Origin: Lentisphaeria bacterium
GTDB taxonomy: Bacteria; Verrucomicrobiota; Lentisphaeria; JABSQK01; CAJWLW01
Direction: 5' to 3'
Assembly (NCBI GenBank): GCA_030754995.1
Contig: JASLZG010000003.1
Coordinates: forward strand, 1-43,884
Length of the DNA: 43,884 nucleotides
The notes beneath the pieces were generated by a model that saw nothing but the letters and a program-made list of their open reading frames with translations, searched no databases and was not told the DNA's origin. Each line of letters opens with the position of its first letter. Positions within the stretch are counted from its first letter, which is position 1. The translations under genes were made by a program, and so were the position numbers. Positions 1-8,823 of this stretch are shown piece by piece.

Positions 1-189
1 GGCCGAGTCGAAGCGATTGATCAGGTCACCGCCGAAGATGGCAAAATCGATCCCGTTCCCGTCGTCGTTGATATAGCCGATCGCACTTTCCAGGCGCGAG
101 CGATCGCTGACACGGGCGTTCAGGCCGAATGGACTGTTACAACCAATCTGGGAGTCGGTGATGAAGGCAAAGTTGAATGAGTCGGACAT
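1..189 (-). CDS. Metallophosphoesterase-like protein, N-terminal 63 codons only; the 3' end lies beyond the window start
   Basis: Reverse-strand translation from ATG (complement of 187-189) gives MSDSFNFAFITDSQIGCNSPFGLNARVSDRSRLESAIGYINDDGNGIDFAIFGGDLINRFDSA with no stop before the window edge. FAFITDSxIG and FGGDLIN resemble calcineurin-like phosphoesterase motifs I (DxH, here D-S-Q) and II (GD). It is absent from the ORF track because it is open-ended. Confidence 0.5.
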   Translation of the reverse strand, partial: MSDSFNFAFITDSQIGCNSPFGLNARVSDRSRLESAIGYINDDGNGIDFAIFGGDLINRFDSA

Positions 190-458
190 AAAGCTTCCCG
201 CGGGAGGTTGGTGATCAGGTACAGGGCGTTGGAGTGTTGGAGCATGGGATTTTGGCCTGGGCAGTCCGGGACCGCACGACTCCGATTCTCCATTCCGGCA
301 AAGTAGAACCAGTTGCGGTTAATCTGCTGGCAGACCCGCAAACATCAAGCGCCGGAGCCGGACTCCAGGCCGCGACCCGGCAAGTGAAAGATCCGTCTCC
401 GGGCTTCTTCATCGGCATTGATCGCAACTGCCAAGCGGTTGGGATATTCGGATTAAGA

Positions 459-476
459 GCAGGAATTTCCTCCTGC
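459..476 (-). terminator. Candidate hairpin just downstream of phnW
   Basis: gcagga-atttcc-tcctgc forms a 6-bp stem with a 6-nt loop, starting 18 nt past the phnW stop (494-496). On the minus strand it is followed by TCTTAATCC, which is only mildly T-rich. Confidence 0.3.
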
Positions 477-493
477 CCAAACCGGCAGGCCGG

Positions 494-1684
494 TCAATCG
501 CTGGCGCCTGAAACCATGTCATCATGCTCAGGGTGCCAGTAGCACGCCGCCCCGATTGCGCGCAACAGGCGCTGCACGTCGTCCGGGAACACCTGGCCGA
601 TGGTGCCGATGCGGAAGGTGTCGGCGACACTCACTTTTCCGGGATAGATGACGAATCCCTGCCGTTTGATCTCTTCGTAGAAACGTGCAAAGCCGTAGGC
701 GTCGTCGTCGGGTTCGAAGAACGCCGTGATGATCGGCGACTGATGCTGCGGCGGCAGCAGGCAGCGGAACCCCAGGCTCTCCATGCCTTTCACCAGCACA
801 CGCTGGTTCTCGGCGTAGCGGTTGTGCCGCGCCGCGACGCCGCCCTCCGCGTCGAGCTCGCGCAGCGCCTGCTGGAAGGCCCGGACAACGTGCGTCGGCG
901 ACGTGTAGCGCCATTTGCCGTGCCCCTCCTCCATCGTCCGCCACTGCTCGTGGAGGTCGAGGCTCAGCGAGCGGGCGCGACCGCGGCTGCGCTCCAGCGA
1001 TTCCTCCCTGGCGATGACGAAGCAGAACCCAGGCACCCCTTCAATGCACTTGTTGGCGCTGCTGACCAGGAAATCAATGCCGAGCGCCTCAACGTCCATC
1101 GGGATGCCGCCGAAGCTGCTCATGGCATCGACGATGAACGTCCTGCCGCAGCCTTTGACGACCGCCGCGATGTCGGCAAGCGGATTGAGGATCCCCGTCG
1201 TCGTCTCGCAGTGGACTACGGCGACATGGGTGACCGCCGGATCGGCAGTCAGCGTCGCCTCGAGCGCGGCGCAGTCCGGCGGGGCGATCTCGCCGCTGTC
1301 GAGGACGCCGTTGGCAATCCGCAGCCGCTCGGCGATCTGCACGATGCGGTCGCCATAGCCGCCGTTGGCCAGGACGAGAAGTTTCCCGTCTTCCGGCACA
1401 ACGCTGCCGACCGTCGCCTCGACGCCGAATGTCCCGCTGCCCTGCACCAGCACCGACGTGTAACCCGGTAGCGAGGTGGCGAGGCTGACGAGACGCTCCC
1501 GAACATCCTGCACGACGCCATGGTTGTAGTCGTCGTCCCAGGTGCACCAGTCCCGGAGCATCGTGGCGCGAACGGACTTCGACGTGCTCAGCGGTCCGGG
1601 CGTAAGCAACAGGTACGGGTTGTCCGGAATCAAGTCCGGATCAATCGGCCGGTCCGTAGCGCTCGGCGAAGTTTCTGGTTTCAT
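494..1684 (-). CDS. phnW: 2-aminoethylphosphonate--pyruvate transaminase (class V aminotransferase)
   Basis: 396-aa ORF. The N-terminal [43 protein letters not shown] is the characteristic PhnW signature (LLTPGPLxTS...CTWDDDY). [12 protein letters not shown] contains the PLP-lysine region typical of class V aminotransferases. Confidence 0.85.
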   Translation of the reverse strand: MKPETSPSATDRPIDPDLIPDNPYLLLTPGPLSTSKSVRATMLRDWCTWDDDYNHGVVQDVRERLVSLATSLPGYTSVLVQGSGTFGVEATVGSVVPEDGKLLVLANGGYGDRIVQIAERLRIANGVLDSGEIAPPDCAALEATLTADPAVTHVAVVHCETTTGILNPLADIAAVVKGCGRTFIVDAMSSFGGIPMDVEALGIDFLVSSANKCIEGVPGFCFVIAREESLERSRGRARSLSLDLHEQWRTMEEGHGKWRYTSPTHVVRAFQQALRELDAEGGVAARHNRYAENQRVLVKGMESLGFRCLLPPQHQSPIITAFFEPDDDAYGFARFYEEIKRQGFVIYPGKVSVADTFRIGTIGQVFPDDVQRLLRAIGAACYWHPEHDDMVSGASD

Positions 1685-2044
1685 GGGACAATCTGTGGGG
1701 CTGCACGAGGCTCCGGTTCTTTACGTCACGGCTCCAAATCGGGCTTCCTTCATCCGCCGCCGCCGTTGAAGCGGACAACAATTGGCGAGGCAACGCTCAT
1801 AGTCAGGATAGCCTACAGCCTCCACGCCGAACTGACCAGTCGCCGGGGCGGTTGCCGGGCCGCAGGCTGCAGCATGAGACAACGGCGAGAAGAACGGCGC
1901 AAACTTGAAGCGACGGGATGAACGATTACGTTGAAAACTGTCGGGTAAAACGGCGGCCGGACAGGCTGAAGTGCAACCCGCCGGGGGCCGTGCCCGGTCA
2001 ATCAAAATCAGCAGCTTATTACGACCGCAACCCTCGGTTCTGCC

Positions 2045-4774
2045 ATGAAAAAAATCTACGCCACGCATACCAACCACTTCGACCTGCTTTGGCGGCGCAC
2101 CTGGGAGATGCCCTGTGATTACGAGGGCAAGCGCTGGCTGAGCTACAGCGAGCTCGAGGAGCTGGTGATCGCGCGCAACATCGAGCTGGCCGAGACCGGC
2201 CGCGGCGCCTACCAGGTCGAGCAGGCGATGACGATGCGCAAATACCTCGAGCGGCATCCGGCCGATCTCAAGCGCGTCAAAGCGCTGTATCGCCAGGGCC
2301 TCTGGGAAATGCACGGCTCCGGCGAGGCGATTATCGACGTCAACCTGTGCAGCCTCGAGACGATGATTCGCAACATGGCGTCGGGCGTGCGCTACTGCAA
2401 GGACGTACTCGAGATGCCGCCATTGTCCGCTTACCATGCGGACGGTTTCGGGTCTTCGGCGCAGTTCCCGCAGGTCATCGGCGGTTGTGGTTTCGACGTC
2501 GTGCTCGGGCTGTCGTACCGCCCGGCGGGCGGAAAAATCTGGCGCGGCATCGACGGCAGCGAGATCTGGTGCGAGGTCTGGGGTGACGGGCAAGCCTACT
2601 TCTTCGACCACTGCTACCACGAGCCGTGCCGCAGCTGCGACGGCTACAACCGGGAGTCCTGCAAAGTCTGCAAAGGTGCCGGCATCGATCTGCCGCAGAA
2701 CTTCTATCCCGAGCTCGAGCCGGTTGACCCGGAGGCGGTCGACGGCCCCGCAGGCGTCTACAGCATCTGCTCCGAAGAAATGCTGCCGCACGACGGGATG
2801 AATGCGAACTTCGCAAAATGGCAGAAGAAAGACCCCAGCGTCAGCTACCAGTGGGGTACGAGCCGCATGACCTTTGCCGCCGTCTACAAGGCCGACCGAA
2901 AAAAGCACGGCGCTGCAGCCGTGTCGCCCCGGGTCGACAACAACCCGGTCATGAACGCCGCGGTCGTTACCCCGAAACGGCCCAGCGGGTTGTTGTCGCC
3001 CGGAGTCGACAACAACCCGGTCCTGAACGGCTGCCATGTCACGCGCATCCGGACCAAGACGGAAGCACGCCGCTGCGAGGCCAATTTCTTTGGCTGGGAG
3101 ACGGCGCTCGCGCTGACCAACGGGCTCGACCTGCGCCCCAGAGAATGGCGGCAACACTTCCTCGAGCTGCCGCTGTTCTTCTTCCACGATTCGGTCACCG
3201 GCACGAGCATGGATATAGCCGCGCGCGAACTGATGCTCCGGCTGTACGCGCACCAGCGAAACACCCGCAAGCTCGCGGTCAAGACGCTGCGGCGCACGAC
3301 CAAAGGCAACGCCTCATCCGAGCAATGGCGCCGGAACCTGAACAAGAAGCTCAACGTCTTCGGGCTCTCCCCGCAAAAAAACGCCTGCCGGGCGGAGCTG
3401 CCGGATTTCGATTGGCGCCGCGACGAACACTATGTGCTGGTCGATCAAGCCGGCAAACGGCACCCGGTCATTCCGGCGTTTCACGCCGACTCCCCCGCCC
3501 TGCCGACGATCACTTACCGATCCAGCCCCGCCGTCGGCCCAACTACAAGAAACCGTCCCGACAGCTGTTCCATGTTTGCGGAGTTCGCAAAAGTGGAGCC
3601 GCTGCAATGGTCGGAGTTCAGCATCGAGAAGACGGCCGGCCCCACCCCGATCCCTGGATCGGAGTTGAGCAACCGGCACGTCACCGTCACGCTCGGAAAG
3701 AACGGCGTCGAGGCGATCATTGACCGTGCCTCGGGCGCCTCGATGAAGGCCGGGGCGATCAAGATCGGCGAACTGTTTGTCGAGGAAGACAACGGGAACC
3801 CGTGGGGCACACGGAAAATTCCCGAGTGGCGGGAAGGCATGGCACAGTACACCAAGTTCCTGGGCGCCCTGCAGTTCGACGGGTACCAGGAGGCATACTA
3901 CGGCGGGCACTGGATGCCGTCGAAGGTGTTCGCCAGTGAAGGCGACCCCGAGATCCTGTGGATCGAGTGGTATGTCACCTTTCGCCTGTTGCGCGATGCG
4001 CGGCGGGTCGATGTCTCGGTCGAACTGTTCTGGAAAACATCGAACCGGCGCATCCGCGTGGCCTTCCCGACCGCCTCAACGTCGAACACCGGGACCTACT
4101 CGATCCCCGGCGGCTGGCTGGAACGCAAGCGCTATGAAATGAAGGAGACGCATCTTTGGAGCCCGAACGGTGACTGGCCCGCAGTGAACTTCGTTGCCAA
4201 CAAGCCACGCAAGGGCAAACCCGGCTTCGCAGTGATCAACTACGGCACGCCGTCGGCGCGGATCGAGAACGGGACGATGTTTTATTCGGTGCTGCGTTCG
4301 CCGGCATTCGGCTATTGCCTGAACCATTACTGCATCAACTATCCGATGCCGACCACTGGTACGAAAGACCACGGCTGGCACTTTTTCGAGTTTTCGATCG
4401 TCCCGCACTTCGGCAGGATGCCGGACCTGGCCCTGCAGGCCGATGCCCGGAACCAGCTGTTGCCAACGACCCTGGCGCCGGCCGGGACAATGCCGCCGAC
4501 GCCGCTGCTGGCGGTCAAGGGAAGCGGCGTCCAGCTGGTCAGCGTGAAACAGCCGTTCGATGAAAAGCAAAACGGCTGTGTGCTGCGGCTGCTCAATATC
4601 AACGACCGCAAGACGACCGCCACGCTGACCTTTGCCGAGACCCGCGGCTTGCGGGTGCGCGAGTGCAACATGATCGAGGAAGCCGGGAAGCCGATCAAAC
4701 GCTTCGCGAAAGGCGGCTACAGGATAACGCTGGGGCCGTTCGAGGTTAAGACCTTTATCGTGTCGGCCAGGTGA
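2045..4774 (+). CDS. Glycoside hydrolase family 38-like (alpha-mannosidase family), 909 aa
   Basis: The N-terminal THTNHFDLLW (HxHxDxxW type) and YHADGFGSSAQFPQVIGGCGFD match GH38 catalytic-domain signatures. Length fits the family. No signal peptide is evident. The stop TGA 4772-4774 overlaps the GTG at 4771 of the next ORF. Confidence 0.75.
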   Translation: MKKIYATHTNHFDLLWRRTWEMPCDYEGKRWLSYSELEELVIARNIELAETGRGAYQVEQAMTMRKYLERHPADLKRVKALYRQGLWEMHGSGEAIIDVNLCSLETMIRNMASGVRYCKDVLEMPPLSAYHADGFGSSAQFPQVIGGCGFDVVLGLSYRPAGGKIWRGIDGSEIWCEVWGDGQAYFFDHCYHEPCRSCDGYNRESCKVCKGAGIDLPQNFYPELEPVDPEAVDGPAGVYSICSEEMLPHDGMNANFAKWQKKDPSVSYQWGTSRMTFAAVYKADRKKHGAAAVSPRVDNNPVMNAAVVTPKRPSGLLSPGVDNNPVLNGCHVTRIRTKTEARRCEANFFGWETALALTNGLDLRPREWRQHFLELPLFFFHDSVTGTSMDIAARELMLRLYAHQRNTRKLAVKTLRRTTKGNASSEQWRRNLNKKLNVFGLSPQKNACRAELPDFDWRRDEHYVLVDQAGKRHPVIPAFHADSPALPTITYRSSPAVGPTTRNRPDSCSMFAEFAKVEPLQWSEFSIEKTAGPTPIPGSELSNRHVTVTLGKNGVEAIIDRASGASMKAGAIKIGELFVEEDNGNPWGTRKIPEWREGMAQYTKFLGALQFDGYQEAYYGGHWMPSKVFASEGDPEILWIEWYVTFRLLRDARRVDVSVELFWKTSNRRIRVAFPTASTSNTGTYSIPGGWLERKRYEMKETHLWSPNGDWPAVNFVANKPRKGKPGFAVINYGTPSARIENGTMFYSVLRSPAFGYCLNHYCINYPMPTTGTKDHGWHFFEFSIVPHFGRMPDLALQADARNQLLPTTLAPAGTMPPTPLLAVKGSGVQLVSVKQPFDEKQNGCVLRLLNINDRKTTATLTFAETRGLRVRECNMIEEAGKPIKRFAKGGYRITLGPFEVKTFIVSAR
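2933..3022 (+). repeat. In-frame direct repeat (18 nt perfect, 72-nt period) plus an internal 13-nt inverted copy, inside the GH38 gene
   Basis: gtcgacaacaacccggtc occurs at 2933-2950 and again at 3005-3022. cgggttgttgtcg at 2986-2998 is the exact reverse complement of cgacaacaacccg found in both copies. The encoded peptide is VDNNPVMNAAVVTPKRPSGLLSPGVDNNPVLNG. Confidence 0.9.
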
Positions 4775-4815
4775 ATGAAAAGGAAAAAATTGCCAGGACC
4801 AACCAAGGCAGGCTG

Positions 4816-7620
4816 ATGGAGAGAACCAAGAAAATTCTGATCTGCGTGTTGATCGTGCTTGGGGCGGGCCTGCGCGCCGATCAGCAACCGGGGCTGTTCG
4901 GGCGGTACTACACCGGCCTGGCGCTGGACACGGAGCACATGGCCCGGGTCGATCCCGTCATCGACTTCAACTGGGACGGCAACGAACCGACCCCGACCAA
5001 GCCGTTCAGCATCAGCTGGTCCGGGCATGTACAGGCCCCGGCGGACGGCACCTACACCTTCTACACAGTGACCGATGACGGGGTGCGTTTGTGGCTCGAC
5101 ACCGCCGGTGACGGCGCGACCATGATCATCGACGAGTGGATCGATCAAAGCGCCACCGAGCACCAGGCAGTCGTTGAATTGACCGCCGGCAGCTACCCGG
5201 TACGCATGGACTATTACGAGAAAAGCGGCAACGCCTCGACGCAACTGTGGTGGCGCGGGCCGGGGATCGAGAAACAGATCATCCCTGCCGCGAACCTCCG
5301 GTGCGACGAGTCGTTCACCCTGCCAGTCGTCCTGCCGCCCGAACCGAAACCGCCGGACGGCTGCCTGTTCGTCGACAAGAGCAAGGCACTCGAAATCAAC
5401 TTTCAGCATGCCGATGGCATTGGATTCAGTTCGCGGCACACGATTGCCTGGGTCGACTACGACAATGACGGTTTCGTCGATCTGTGCGATGGCTTGCTGT
5501 GGCGTAATGATGGCGGCAGGCAGATCACCCCGCTGCCGTTGAAAATACAGGTCGGGCCGAACTCCTACGAAGCCGGCCCCGGTATTTTTGCGGATGTCGA
5601 CAACGACGGCTACCTCGACCGCTTCGGCTGGCGCAATCATCTGAAAGTCGCCCAAATGCATCGCAACCTGGCCGGCAGCGGCGAGTTCGAGGAGATCCCG
5701 ATTCCCAAGCTGCCGCAGGTCAGTCCCGCCTGCTACTGCTGGGCCGACCTGAACGGCGACGGGTTCGTCGACCTCTTCATCGGCGGCGGCGCCAACAGCA
5801 ACGAAACGGACTCGATCATGATGAATGACCGTGCCGCCTCATTCACGGTGCAACCGATCGGCGGCAACTTTTACACGCGCACCGTCACGGCCTGCGACTA
5901 CGACGAGGACAACGACATGGACGTGATGGCCTCGCGCTACTGGTTCCAGCCGAACGCACTGTTCCAGAACGACGGCAACGGCAAGCTGACCGACGTCGGC
6001 GCCGCCGCAGGTGTCCACGGCGTCGGCCACACGATCAGCTCGGTGTGGGGTGACTTCGACAATGACGGACATTTCGACCTGTTCCATGCCAACCTGAACC
6101 ACCACGACGGCCGGCGACAGGACGACGCCACCCTCTATAGGAACCTCGGGCCGGCAGGAAACTGGCAGTTCGAGAAAAAGAAGGCCTTCGACGGGCCGGA
6201 CTGGCAGGAATCCTACGGCTGTGCGACGGCGGCGGACTTCGACAACGACGGTGATCTCGATTTGTACATCACCGCGGTTTACGAAGGCAACAAATCCCAG
6301 CTCTTCCGCAATGACGGCGGCTGGACCTTCACCAGCATCACCGCGGCGGCCGGGCTCGACGTGGTGGTCAGCAACAACCAGGCAGGCAGCGGCGATTACG
6401 ACAACGACGGCGATGTCGACCTGGTGACCGACGGCAAGGTTTTCCAGAACAAGGGCAACGACAACCACTGGCTAAGCGTGCGCCTGGCCGGCAACGGGAA
6501 AACGGTCAACCGCGCTGCCATCGGGGCGCAGGTCAGGATCGAGGTGCCGGGTATCGGCACCATGACGCGGCAAGTCGAATCCGGCGGCGCCCAGGGCAGT
6601 GCCAACGACCTGGTCCTGCATTTCGGGTTCGGCGACCACGCGGCCGATGTCGATCTGCACATCGCCTGGCCGGACGACACGACACAGCGCGTCACGACCG
6701 CCCTCGACCGGATCATCGATGTCGAGCAACCGGATGACTCGCTCCTGGTGGCGCGTGTCGAGGCAGCGGTCGCAGCGTCCCGCGGCAAACCCATTCACGA
6801 ATACGCCAACACCTTTATCTCAAGGACCGCGTGGGAGCGCGAGGGGGTGCGGGTGTTGGCCAAGGAACCGGACGGGCGGCCGAAACTCGATCGGACCAGT
6901 GCCCGCGGGTTCATCGGTGAACGGATCGTCTTTGTCGAGGAGAACCTCGACTTTCCCGCACCGGCACCGTTCACGGTGCCGAAAGCAACCGGGCCGGTAA
7001 CCATCGACGGCAAACTGGATGATGCCGCATGGCAATCGGCGGTCGTGTTCAGGGACAGCTATCCGATCAGCGAACGGAGCGCGGGCGGGCCGGCGACCGA
7101 ATGGCGCATCCTGTGGGACGACAGCTTTCTCTATTTCGCGTTCGACTGCACCGACACCGACCTGGTCGCACCGGAGATGAAACGCGACGCACCGGTTTAT
7201 TCCGACGATTGCGTCGAGATGTTCATCCTGCCCCAGCTCCGCACCGGCAGCTACTGGGAGCTGGTGATCAGTCCATCCGATTCAGTCTTCGACAGCCTGC
7301 ACTCGAAGAGCCTGAGCGAATGGGCATCGATCAATCGCAGCGTCGAAAACATCGAAGGCCTGCAACGCGGCGTCGTTTGCAACGGCACGCTGAACCAACC
7401 CGGAGATACCGATACGGGCTACACCATAGAGGTTGCGGTGCCGTTTTCGCAACTGCCCGAGTATTCGCGGAGTCAGCCTGCCGCCGGACATCAATTGCGG
7501 CTCATGCTGGTCCGGCTCGACAAGACCGGCAAAGATTCACACCTGGTCTACAGCTTCCAGCCGCTGCTCAACTGGGGGCACAATATCTGGAACCATGCCT
7601 TGATGACGCTGGGCGAGTAA
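4816..7620 (+). CDS. Secreted multidomain protein: PA14 domain, seven FG-GAP/VCBS repeats, UnbV/ASPIC domain, C-terminal CBM9-like domain
   Basis: The ORF track starts at GTG 4771. I prefer ATG 4816, which gives MERTKKILICVLIVLGAGLRA, a signal-peptide-like N-terminus. GLFGRYYTG...SWSGHVQAPADGTYTFYTVTDDGVRLWLD...VRMDYYE matches PA14. There are seven DxDxDG-type repeats (DYDNDGFVDL, DVDNDGYLDR, DLNGDGFVDLF, DYDEDNDMDV, DFDNDGHFDLF, DFDNDGDLDLY, DYDNDGDVDLV). NHWLSVRLAG...NRAAIGAQVRI matches UnbV_ASPIC. IDGKLDDAAWQSA...WDDSFLYFAF...YTIEVAVPFSQL is CBM9-like. Confidence 0.8.
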   Translation: MERTKKILICVLIVLGAGLRADQQPGLFGRYYTGLALDTEHMARVDPVIDFNWDGNEPTPTKPFSISWSGHVQAPADGTYTFYTVTDDGVRLWLDTAGDGATMIIDEWIDQSATEHQAVVELTAGSYPVRMDYYEKSGNASTQLWWRGPGIEKQIIPAANLRCDESFTLPVVLPPEPKPPDGCLFVDKSKALEINFQHADGIGFSSRHTIAWVDYDNDGFVDLCDGLLWRNDGGRQITPLPLKIQVGPNSYEAGPGIFADVDNDGYLDRFGWRNHLKVAQMHRNLAGSGEFEEIPIPKLPQVSPACYCWADLNGDGFVDLFIGGGANSNETDSIMMNDRAASFTVQPIGGNFYTRTVTACDYDEDNDMDVMASRYWFQPNALFQNDGNGKLTDVGAAAGVHGVGHTISSVWGDFDNDGHFDLFHANLNHHDGRRQDDATLYRNLGPAGNWQFEKKKAFDGPDWQESYGCATAADFDNDGDLDLYITAVYEGNKSQLFRNDGGWTFTSITAAAGLDVVVSNNQAGSGDYDNDGDVDLVTDGKVFQNKGNDNHWLSVRLAGNGKTVNRAAIGAQVRIEVPGIGTMTRQVESGGAQGSANDLVLHFGFGDHAADVDLHIAWPDDTTQRVTTALDRIIDVEQPDDSLLVARVEAAVAASRGKPIHEYANTFISRTAWEREGVRVLAKEPDGRPKLDRTSARGFIGERIVFVEENLDFPAPAPFTVPKATGPVTIDGKLDDAAWQSAVVFRDSYPISERSAGGPATEWRILWDDSFLYFAFDCTDTDLVAPEMKRDAPVYSDDCVEMFILPQLRTGSYWELVISPSDSVFDSLHSKSLSEWASINRSVENIEGLQRGVVCNGTLNQPGDTDTGYTIEVAVPFSQLPEYSRSQPAAGHQLRLMLVRLDKTGKDSHLVYSFQPLLNWGHNIWNHALMTLGE

Positions 7621-7638
7621 TTGCGGGAAAAGATTTGC

Positions 7639-7660
7639 GGACTAATCATGGCAGACTAAT
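7639..7660 (+). promoter_or_regulatory. Paired GGACTAAT / AGACTAAT motif, ACTAAT cores 14 nt apart, upstream of the BNR-repeat gene
   Basis: ACTAAT occurs at 7641-7646 and 7655-7660. TTGCGG is also duplicated at 7621-7626 and 7635-7640. A GGGAGGAG Shine-Dalgarno-like run follows at 7661-7668. The same core and phasing are seen at 38903-38929. Confidence 0.35.
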
Positions 7661-7683
7661 GGGAGGAGAAGGCTCCCGGGCAA

Positions 7684-8823
7684 GTGAGTGACATGAGTAG
7701 CACCACGGTCGGCCAAACAGTCATCGTCCACAAGGACCGGTTCGCCTACATCTCGCATCCGTCAATCACGATGCTGGACAACGGCGAATGGGTCGCGGCG
7801 TTCAATCATTCCCGCCGCCGGGAGGGGAAGCTGATGCATCCGCCCGACGACCCCCTCTATCGAACGCTGTTGTGCCGGAGCACCGACAAGGGTGCCACCT
7901 GGGATGATCCGACATTCGCACCCGGGTTCGATTGGTACGGCACGGAGTGCCCCGGCATTGCGACCCTCGCCGACGGCACCGTTGTGCTCAGCCAGTTCCG
8001 CTTCGCCTGGTACCCGCTCGAGACGGCCAGGAAACGCCGCGCTGCGGGCGAGAGAATCTTTTTGTACCTGCCCGAAAAACGCTGGCCGACATCGTGGACA
8101 GACGACTTTACGGATGCGGACTGGTCACGCTCACTCTTCACCTGGGCGCGCGGCTATCACGGGGTCTACGTGCACCTGAGTTCCGACAATGCACTCACCT
8201 TTGAGCGGACCGTGAAGCTCGACACGGCGAATTTCGTCGACGGCTACTCGCGCACCGGGGTTGTCGAACTTGCCGATGGCCGCATTGCCTACGCAGTTAC
8301 CGAACACCACCCGCCAGTCAACCGGTACACCTACCTGTTTGTGTCGAGCGACGGCGGGGCACACTGGGATGCGCCGATCGTCATCTACGATGACCCGGAC
8401 CGCCAGTTCAGCGAACCGGACCTTGCCGAGGTCAGCCCCGGCGAATTGTACTGCGTGCTGCGTTGCCTGGGGCCGTACATGTACGGATGCCGGTCCACCG
8501 ACGGCGGCCTTACCTGGAGCCAACCCGAGCCCACCGGCCTGCGAGGATGCCCCGGACACCTGCTGGTCCTGAACGACGGCCGCCTGCTCTGCACCTACGG
8601 CAGGCGGGAGGAGCCGTTCGGTATCCGGATGTGCCTGTCCGAGGATGGCGGCAGGACATGGCCGACGGACAGCGAAATCGTGATACGGGACGACCTGCCC
8701 AATACGGATCTTGGCTATCCGACAACCATCGAGTACGAATCCAGCACCCTGTTTGTGTGTTACTACGGCCAGGCTGCCGCCGGCGTAACATGCGTGCAGG
8801 GGACGTACGTCACATTGAATTAG
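7684..8823 (+). CDS. BNR/Asp-box repeat protein (sialidase-fold glycosidase-like), about 379 aa
   Basis: Four Asp-box (SxDxGxTW-type) motifs are present: STDKGATWDD, SSDGGAHWDA, STDGGLTWSQ and SEDGGRTWPT. No signal peptide and no obvious RIP motif. The start is either GTG 7684 or ATG 7693. Confidence 0.75.
   Translation: MSDMSSTTVGQTVIVHKDRFAYISHPSITMLDNGEWVAAFNHSRRREGKLMHPPDDPLYRTLLCRSTDKGATWDDPTFAPGFDWYGTECPGIATLADGTVVLSQFRFAWYPLETARKRRAAGERIFLYLPEKRWPTSWTDDFTDADWSRSLFTWARGYHGVYVHLSSDNALTFERTVKLDTANFVDGYSRTGVVELADGRIAYAVTEHHPPVNRYTYLFVSSDGGAHWDAPIVIYDDPDRQFSEPDLAEVSPGELYCVLRCLGPYMYGCRSTDGGLTWSQPEPTGLRGCPGHLLVLNDGRLLCTYGRREEPFGIRMCLSEDGGRTWPTDSEIVIRDDLPNTDLGYPTTIEYESSTLFVCYYGQAAAGVTCVQGTYVTLN

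Noticed and set aside
1721-3253. 510-aa ORF on the minus strand spanning the phnW/GH38 intergenic region and the first 1.2 kb of the GH38 gene
   Set aside because: It is antisense to a frame with clear GH38 signatures. Its translation is Arg/Ala/Gly/Pro/Val-rich with no motif, as expected for a shadow ORF in GC-rich DNA.
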